Assembly: GCA_964187785.1 (NCBI GenBank)
Contig: OZ076409.1
Location: 92,630,001 to 92,694,000, forward strand
Direction of reading: 5' to 3'
DNA: 64,000 nt
DNA from: Amphiscolops sp. MND2022
Lineage: Eukaryota
The notes under the pieces are model-generated. The model was not told the DNA's origin, did not search any database, and saw only the letters and a list, made by a program, of their open reading frames with translations. Below are positions 39,076-48,200 of the stretch, in pieces. The position numbers were made by a program, and so were the translations under genes. Numbering within the stretch: position 1 is the stretch's first letter; the number at the start of each line of letters is the position of its first letter.

Positions 39076-39826
39076 CTCCCCCTGGTAGTAATAAGAACGT
39101 GCCCACCTGCATTCCTTCGATAAAAGCTCTTTTGCGCGCTTCCAGTTGATTAGCTGATTCTCCCAATGTGGCCGTCTTACGCAAATAATCCGTGACTGCT
39201 TCATTCTGAATTTGTACTGTAGATTTCCCACATATCACGCAGTCCGAGTAATTTGCCATTGGATTGTGTGTTTCAATTCCCATTCCTTGAAAATGGTTTG
39301 TAACTGTGTCCAATGATTGCTGGGTAGTATCGCCTTGACGGTCCGCTGAATTGGAGTCGTAAATTGGCCCTTTCTCTTCGGGTGGGGGCGACATGGGAGT
39401 ATCCACTGTGGGAATAATTTCTCTACACAGTTTGATTGGATGATTATTGCGCACTCGGTCGTCCCGCCGTATTGGGCCGTTTCCTTTTCCCAGTGAGAAG
39501 AAAGATTGGTCCAGTGTAGGCCTTATCGCGCTGCTCGTCCCAAAGGTCCCATATCTCGGCAAGTTATACTGGGGAGCTTCACTTCTAGTCCTCAGCGTAT
39601 AGGATGGGCCAGGTATTGGGATGGGTGATGACAATTCCATCTCGACGCACTGGGCCATCATCATGATCTCGTCGTCTATTTCTTCGTCTTCCGATGACAG
39701 TTGGAGATCTAGCACTGAAGTCATACTCAGGTCACATATTTCCTCCTCTTCGTCGCTGGACAAGCAAATTATATCTATGCCTTCGGGCGCCGCGCCTTGG
39801 AAGTCGCTAGGAAATCGCTGGGCCAT
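38990..39826 (-). CDS. Accessory ORF of element C, 278 aa, acidic N-terminus and CxxC; reads through the PPT into the 3' LTR
   Basis: ATG-initiated and intact. The homolog at 8417-8791 conserves DCVxCG and AFxxGMxxGxF. The N-terminus contains IDIICLSSDEEEE, a SUMO-interaction-motif-like sequence. Confidence 0.75.
   Translation of the reverse strand: MAQRFPSDFQGAAPEGIDIICLSSDEEEEICDLSMTSVLDLQLSSEDEEIDDEIMMMAQCVEMELSSPIPIPGPSYTLRTRSEAPQYNLPRYGTFGTSSAIRPTLDQSFFSLGKGNGPIRRDDRVRNNHPIKLCREIIPTVDTPMSPPPEEKGPIYDSNSADRQGDTTQQSLDTVTNHFQGMGIETHNPMANYSDCVICGKSTVQIQNEAVTDYLRKTATLGESANQLEARKRAFIEGMQVGTFLLLPGGVSQAAACDGNVYTIDHTRPIALPGTLPL
39076..39085 (-). other. polypurine tract of element C (CCAGGGGGAG)
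   Basis: Purine run abutting the TGTCG start of the 3' LTR on minus. Confidence 0.8.
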
Positions 39827-41008
39827 GAATCTATCTTTTATTATCTTTTTTGCAATTTTGAATGCGGCAGAATAAATTTGATTTAGTCAGAGTAGGGTAA
39901 CTGTTCCGTTTGAAAGCTAAGAGACAAATGACGATTTTCATATCCCAATTTCTCGATAGTTTCTACCTTACACTTTCCCGGTCTTTCATTTCCCGCATAA
40001 CACTTCACTGATGAAACTTTTCGAGATATTCTTTGATATCGGCCGTCTCTCGCTTTGTTGACCGTCGATCAACTTCAGTTTGCCTAAGTCGGCAAAGAAC
40101 CTTCAAGGACTTCTTCTAGTGTTTACCTCCTCTTGATTGCCACTTGAAAACTTCAAGGAGTTGTAACTTCAGCTGAAGGCCCCGCTCGTCGATGCGTCCC
40201 AGGCGACCAATAGGATTTCAGCTTCGAGCATCCTATTCAAGATGGCGTAACTTTTAATAATTCTCCATATAAGGAAATAATAAAATAACCAGAATAATAA
40301 AATAACTGAAATAATAAAATAATGGAAATGCATGTTTCGAAATATAAATAATGTGGATTTCTCTGGCAGGTTCCATCCACAAAATAATCTTCATAATTGT
40401 GAAAACATTTGACATCAAATCCAGTTTGCCACGAACTCCAATTTGCTTCTACAATCACCTTGATTCTTTTCAAATTGTTAATCGTTACATCTTCATAATC
40501 GTATTTATCCATTGTTTATACAGTATTACAGTCAGTCTTTTAGTTTCATTTCTTTATCTCCCGTTCATCAGCGAACTTTTAGTTTCTTCTGTCGCTCTCG
40601 ACTTGGTTTATTGCTCACTCAACGGGCCAACAGCAGTTCTTTCCGAGTTGAACTTAACTTCAATAATTACCCCTCTACGTCTTTCCTGATCTGGACCCGT
40701 TCGGACACTCTACCACTGTGTACTGATTCCTTTGGACCCCTCAGAAGCTGTCAGAGTGGTTGGAACGATCTTCTAATCTCTCTCAGACTCCAGTTGGACA
40801 AATATCATAGGTAAGCTATCTGGTCTTTTTAATTCTGAACGGAAATGAGCTTGATCAAGGCTCTTCCTCTCGTTCACACACTTCCTGTCCCTTTTATTAA
40901 ACAATTTCAACATTGCTTTCATTTTCACTTCCGGAAGGTTTTACTGCGGTACACATGGACACGTTTTCAGGAAGTTGTCCGCAAAAATTTATTCCCTTCT
41001 GTTTAGGC

Positions 41009-44000
41009 ATGTCGTCTACGAAGGCTTTGCCAGAATCCACTGTCCCTACAATCGATAGTTCCAACGAAGATCATCCAGAGAACGTTAGGTCCGAGAGTAC
41101 TACTGACCCTCCTCGTCCAAATTCGCAAACTTCCAATCACAGTCAGTCCACTGATGAGAGCATTACTACTTTCATCGAGAGAACAGTCACAGAGATGAGC
41201 CTCCCTGAGCCAGAATCTGCTTCAATCCTCCCTGCTCGACAAGGTACAGAGCCCCAGATGTCCACCATGGATTTCGCTTTCAAGAAGGCCTCAGTTTCAG
41301 AGACCGTCATTATAACTCCTAGTCAGCTAATTAGTCCAGAAGAACCTAATGACAAGGAGGAGACTACCTCCCAGGAAGAGGCTGCGCCACTTTATGGCGA
41401 CACAACTGATGCGGAGGAGTTATTAGACAGCTCTGGAGTTGCTGCTTTTCCCCCTGTTTCCCATAATGTTACTTTGGACCCTAAGGACTTCCCGGACCTT
41501 GAAGGGGAATTTCACTTGGAGACTGGGAACAGTGATGAGGAGCAAGAGGCCTACCGGGCTAGGCTTGAATCCAGCGACAGACAGTTGTCAGCCAAAGGAA
41601 GAACCATCATCCGTAAATATTTTACTGCTGCAACACCAATTCGACTTCCACTTGGACACTCTACCGTCGCGTTCAATCAAGAACAGATGCACGCGATCCT
41701 TAGAACTGTTGCCGATGAAAGCGCTCTTTCTTCATATCATATGATGAAATCCCTCCTTTTACATGCTTCGACGGGGACTTCCCAGGACAAAAAGAGGAAA
41801 ATGCCCAGAAGGTGTCCCACCCCAGCCCGCCATCTAGCTGAGAGTTCAGGAGAGGAAGACAGTCAAAGAGGGAACACGAGTGATGGTTATACAAGTGGTG
41901 CCATAAACTCCGACGAAGACCCTTACCAACTTGGGTCAATTTCCGGCACAGATGTGATTAGTGAAACAGATCCTCTATCACTCACTCCCGTGACGAGCAT
42001 GGAGAATCGACCCAACACGTCCCGAGCTGATAATGCCACTCCTACTTCAGGCAGTGGGTACAGCAGCACCGACTACCAGCCGTTATCTGCATTGGGCCGG
42101 ACTAAAGATACGGCTACATTGCCACGAAGCCCCCCTCGGAAGAAGAGGAAATTATTGAGCAAGCCAGGAAAAGTCATGAAGGATGCGTACTTCAAGGGCA
42201 TCCAATGGACCCGGACCTTCGTGACTGGACCAGTAGACCCGATTCACAATAAGTTCAAGTTCTACTGCATGTTGTGTAAAACCAACGTGTCCATTTATTC
42301 CAAAGGGGCGAGGGAGATACTGCGCCATTACAAGAAAGAAGGACACCTGCGAAAGGATCAGAAATGGCGTTATGTTCACCTGCAAGAAACAGATAGCATT
42401 ACAGGAGTCGTGACACATCAAGTTAGAGGAAAGGACGGCTATGTCCTTACTCCTTACGAACTGGAAAAGGAGAAGCCCCACTTTATAGACGCTCCACTCA
42501 TTGATGCGGGAGGTCGCTATCCATTTTACGATGATTACATGGCCAGCATAGGGGGAATCACCAATCCCAGCGACTTGCGAACTAGTACCCTCATCTCTTT
42601 GATCGGAACATTCGTTCCTCAAGATGGCAACCTCTCGCTCTTGCAGAATTTGTGGACGAGGGTTGGTGTATTCACCAACCATCAAGCCCTTTTCTCCTCA
42701 TTCGATTGGGGATCTGCTACTCTCACCGTAAGTAGTTTTGTAGTTCATATTTAAATATAGGCCCGCTTGGTCGATTGGCCCAAACTTCTCTAATTATCCA
42801 TTTTCATTTCAGAACATCTTCCACCACATTTTCATGCGGGGGCTAGCTGACATCTCCAGTCATGTCATCGCTACTGGGATGTATTCTATTGAGTTCACCA
42901 CAACTGGTATCTACCGATGTATGTCGATCCGCTTTTGGAGAGGGGACTCACTCGTCCGTGTAGAACTCCACAGACATCTGCAGTCTGATGCGTACCCTGA
43001 TTGCTACTTGTCTGCCATTTCTTGCCTATTGTCCTGCTTTTCCTCCAAGCCGAATTTAGTCAGCATTTCTGGCTGTTCCTCTATGGTGTTCCAGGCCCTT
43101 GAATCCTCCAAACTGTATGACCACGGGATCCAATACCCCTTTCGCTTTGAAGCCTTTTCTCTGCCCGACCTGATGCACCCAAACGCCCTTCAGACCACGC
43201 ATGTCTTTGGTCGCATTGATATGTTCTCGCAGTTGAAATACTTGGTCGTCTTCCTCCGTGGTAGTCCAAGCCAGCCATGGGCCCCACAATGTCCAGAGTT
43301 GTGTAAGGTGAGTCCAACTTAAATTTCTGTTAGAACTACCACATGTAGCTATCGTTTCTTTGCTTCCCATTGTAGCCCATAGGTCCTTTGTCCTCCTAAT
43401 ATATATAGCATGATTGTAAAGATTATTATTTTGTAGGCTTCCGCTGCTTGTGACTTTGACCTCAAGAAGGTGCCGACAATTTGTACCGAACTCGTAAAGA
43501 ATTGGTCCACTATTCACGACTACCTGACAAAATTGGCACCAACCCAAGTGATGCAAGGAGTGCGAAACAAGGTATAAATCGTCTCTTTGTCTATTTAATT
43601 TTCCGACAACTCCCGCGTGAGATAGTCCTTCTTGTGACCCTAGTTCATATATAATCTTTCCTTTTAGCCACAAAGTCTGGAGTGGGTGATCATCCAGGAC
43701 GACTTGTTCACCGCTAAATTAGAACTCTTGTCTCTTCTAGTCCGCGATTGTTAGTTATTTTCCTTCATTGCAAAGCTGGGCCCTAATTGTCTCTTTCCTT
43801 TTGATATTGGAATTTGATCTTGACTGCCATTAGTGATTGAGAAGGTAGGAGGCTTCACTAGGTCATCACATTTTGGGACTTAATCTTGACTTCGTTTGTT
43901 TAGATACCAAATGCTTTGAGCGTAGTCTGGCCAAGCGACGAGACTCAGCACTGTTCGTTTACGGACAATATTGCCGTTACGTCAGGAAATTGTGCCACCG

Positions 44001-45060
44001 GGCCATTCTGCCCAAGTACATCCCCGGAGACGTTGAGTGGACGAAGTTGCTCCAGTTGTGCCCTGACGACCTGAGGCAGTTATCTTGTCGCGATTTTTTG
44101 AATCGACTCAAGTTTACTGTTGACCTTGATGCTGCTTGCCAGGCTAAAGTGAAACGCTCCCCTTCTGACAAGGCTCCAACTGCCAGCCTAGAAGAAATGG
44201 TCGCTAAAGAGAAGGAGAAATTGGGGACGGAAGCTCGCGGCTACATTGTCTCTCTATTGGAAACTTTGTTGGAGGACATTCACTTCACCGCTGACATCAT
44301 TCATGGGATGGGTTGCTTCGACCCACATGTGTTGCTTTCTCTTCCTCTGGAACAGGCTACTTTCTGTTTCAACGCCTTGTTTGATAGCTTCCACCTCCGT
44401 GGTTGGGTGGACCTAGCTGTCAAGAGTGACTACCAGGAAGAGTATTTTGAGTTCATCGATCTTTTCCGAAATACTTGTGATACTGTCAAGAATGCTCCCA
44501 ATACAATAGTTGATATGTTGGATTTCCTTATTGCTCTGCCATCATTCCGTAGTCGCTCAAGGCTTTTCCACCTCTTCCGGTTGTGCTGTCTCTGCATCAC
44601 TGAGGCCCATCAGGAACTCCCGACTATCAAATTCCATGATGTCGATACTTCTAGCTCCAGTTGTCGACTTTCTGCAGTGATTTTGCCCGCCCAGTCGTAT
44701 TTGTCAAACTGCCCAGAAGCTATTGCCAATTGTACTACTGAGTCCGCCTTAGCCCAATATCGTGAGTTAGAGGGACAATTTAGTTCCAGGCACTTCGCTG
44801 GTGATCCTTGGGTTCACTCTGACGTGTTTGGTCGTGCCAAATTCTTAAAGAATCTCACCAGTGCTTTTAAGGGCTTGAAAAGTGTTCCTGTTGTCGGTAT
44901 CAGTACTGCGTCACGCTCATCCTCTGTGTCCACTACTGCTGTTCGGAAGATTAATTGGGCTGCCGGCCAAGCACAGAAACTTGCCTATTTCGGAGATCTC
45001 CCTGCTGAAGAACTTTCAAAGACAGTGCAAGAATTGCGAGAGGGCTCATCTAAAGACTAA
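41009..45060 (+). CDS. Spliced antisense cargo gene of element C, ~1195 aa: disordered N-terminus, BED-type zinc finger, degenerate hAT-transposase-like body. Coding exons 41009-42727, 42813-43307, 43437-43571, 43668-43749, 43904-45060
   Basis: Four GT-AG introns (donors GTAAGT, GTGAGT, GTATAA, GTTAGT; pyrimidine-rich acceptors) in phases 0,0,0,1 give one uninterrupted frame. Probable 5'UTR intron 40811-41006. Motifs: PPRKKRK (NLS-like) and FYCMLCKTNVSI..GAREILRHYKKEGH. AATAAA at 45229. Confidence 0.82.
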
Positions 45061-45259
45061 ATGTACATAATGTACATTTGCCATACTAGTCATTCGATTT
45101 GTAAATTTCAGTTGGTTTTCGTTTTCTTTGTTTTACATGTCTTCTGTTTGTATATTTATATAGTTAGTCTTGTCAGTAACATAAAGTCAGAGTGGTCCCA
45201 GTAAAAAACATGCCTTCTTAGGCAGTAAAATAAATAGGGATATAATTTAACATTTCTGA

Positions 45260-48200
45260 CTAGTATCTGTATTCGTCAGTATAGTTGGGGGTGGGGTTAG
45301 GACGAAGGTTATATTTCCCTCCTCTAGGGCTAGAGGTTTCATTTACATTTTCATCTAATTCATCTTTCGATATTCCGGGCACGGTAATATCCTCCCCCGT
45401 TTTTGGAGAATTTTGTAGATCAGTTATTTCGTTCGTGACGTCATCATTTTCTGAATGATTAGGCGTATCATTGAGATTTTGTCTATCTCGGCTTGCGGTC
45501 GTGCTCGGCCTTTCGGTTTCATCTTGCTGTTCATCTCTCACTGGAGAGTCGGTGACGTCAGTTTGTTCTCGCGTAATTGTTACTTCGCGGCTAGTGGCCG
45601 GTTGCGTCCTTTGCGCGTCGTCATCAGCGTTGTCATTAATGACGTCATCAGTGTTGGTAGTATTCTGATTGTCGTCCCGTCTCGTCTCAAAGACTTGGTA
45701 ATCAAAATCAGCTTCCCATGAAATAGTATATAAGTCGTCTTGTGGTATAACTATTTCGTCATCCGGCTGTAATTTCTCTTTAGAGTATTTGTCCTCTAAG
45801 GGCGTGTTTGGGACGAACTTTTTCAATCTGATGCGATGTAAAATTTGTGTTTTGTTTGTGTTTAAGCGACGGACTATATAGTTGTCATTAGGTAATACTT
45901 TTTCAATCACATAAGGACCAATCCATCTATAGTCCCTGAACGGTATTTTTGATCCTTGGTTATCTGCCTTTGGTTGCAGTATAAAACAAAAATCTTTTTC
46001 GCTCAAAGGGGCTGCTTTGGCTTTGCGGTCATAATATTCCTTGTATTTCAAGTATGACTGCATTATGTTTTTCTTCGTCTGGTCGATAAGGACTTTTGTT
46101 CTTTGTTGTAATTCTTCCGCAAATTCTGTAGTTGGTGCAAACTCTCGATTGGGATTATTTCCAAGTTTGTGATCTAGGACATTATAGGGAATGCGGCCGT
46201 GGAAGACTTTACTTGGTTCACAACCTATACTTGAATGATAGGTTGTGTTGTAGTTAAGTACTGCTAACGGCAGATATTTGTGCCATTGACGGCGGTATTC
46301 CCCGGAGGCCATCTTTAGATTTGTTTTCAATGAGGCGTGTGTCCTTTCGAGTTTGCCAATTGTTTGCGGGTGCTTCGTAGTGGCACATTTAAGTGTTATG
46401 CCCAAAATGCGTGTTATTTCTGCTACTATAATTGAAGTAAATGCTGAACCTTTGTCAGTGATGAGTGTTGTTGGCAAATATGTATGTTTTGTCATTATAT
46501 CAATTATCACTTTTGCCGTGTTGGCCGCTGTGGCTTCAATTAGCGGGTAAGCGAACAAATATCGTGAAAAAACATCTATTGCTGTCATCACCGTCTGGTA
46601 GCCTCCGCTAATCGGTAAATTTGGCAACAGGTCTATCTGCATGGCATCTTCCGGCCCAAGGTCCCACTCGGGCAGGTTGAGTAACTCAGGTGTTATTGAG
46701 TCATTTGGTACCCGTTTGTCTTTCGCACAAATTTCACATCCTTCTACCCATCTTTTGACATGTTTTGCAATGCCGGGGTAGTAGTATTTTTGGCGAATCT
46801 CCTGTAGCATTTTGGATATGCCTGGGTGTTTGTGGGCAGTGCCATGTAATGCTCGTAGTAGTTCAGTCAATAAGTGTTTCGGTAAGAGAATTTGATGATA
46901 TTTGACTTGGCCAGTTTCATCATAGTATAGTCTTGTGACTATTTCTTCTTTGAGGACAAGACGGTCCCAATTGTTAAGGTAATGTTTATATCTATAATCT
47001 TGCAGTAATATTTCTTCTGAATATTCCTCATTCTGCATTTTGGCTTTGAGTTGCAACAAGGTTGGATCCATGGACTGTTCTAGTAGGATTTGATTTGTTC
47101 TACGCAGTCTCTGGCTAAAGTTAGTTATTTTGTCAACCGAGTTTTCGGATATGGCATCTATGTGTATAACTGCGTCCGTATTCTGATGGCTGTTACGGCG
47201 TTGGTTTTTGCGTTCCCAAATTTGTGCTTCCGTTTCGTCGTCATCTTCAGTAAAGAAAACTTGTTCTTCCTCTGATACCCCTGCTGACTGGACATTGACT
47301 TCAATGGGCCTTGTCTCAACGTCCTCGCGAATTGTTAAGACTAATTTCTCCTTGGGATCCATCTCCATGCGGGACAAGTAGTCCGCTGCGGTATTATTTT
47401 TCCCGGGAATGTGCGCGATAACAAAATTAAATTGTATAACATAATCACACGCATTCCACAATGCCGGGGGTATTATCTTCGTTTGGAAGAATCTAGTTAC
47501 CGATTTGTTGTCCGTAAGGATCGTGATCGGCTTGGGTGTTCCCCAGAATATATGCCCGAACTCTTTGAATGCGTAAAATATCGCTAAGAATTCTTTGGCG
47601 TATATAGACATTTTCAATTGAGAAGGAGTAAATGTTTTGGATCCATAGGCTATTGGCGCGTATGATTTCCTGACAGATGTGAATTTTTGGTTTGGATCGT
47701 CTTCTGTGAGTATTGCATAGCCTGCTGCCAAGAAGCTAGCATCGGTCATGAGGACCAGCTGGGTATTGGGCAACGGTTGTTTTAATGCTAGTTGGCTGCA
47801 TCTGTCAAGGTCCTTGTTGATTTCATTGAATTGTTGTACTAGTTCGTTTGTCACTAGAACCTTCTCGTCCTTTTTGAGGAGTTGGAAAAATGGCGCTAAT
47901 TTCTCCGATAATCGTGGGATGTAGTTCCTGTAATAATTCAGGAAACCCAGATATCGTTGCAGGGCCTTTTTGGATTTTGGGAATTTTGTTTTCTCCAGAA
48001 AGGTAGTTATTCGTTCTTTCTGTGGTTTCACTCCTTCAGGGGTAATTGTCCTTCCGAGGAAATCTATTTCCGTTGCCCCAAAATGGCATTTGTGCATTGT
48101 TAGCTTTAGTCCAGCTTTGCGTATGCACTCGAATGTTGCTCTGAGGTTTTTGAGTAGATGGTCAGCGTCGTTGGCGGCTATGCCTATGTCGTCCACATAT

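Noticed and set aside
40913..41008. Non-ATG 5' extension of the 613-aa ORF
   Set aside because: It lies within a probable intron ending TTTAG at 41006; the ATG at 41009 is the better start.
42152..43673. Minus-strand ORFs of 177 and 205 aa
   Set aside because: They are antisense shadows of the spliced plus-strand gene and show no motifs.
40200..45250. Cargo region as an autonomous hAT transposon nested in element C
   Set aside because: No TIR pair or 8-bp TSD found by eye, and the catalytic Asp positions look substituted. Not fully excluded without comparing sister copies.
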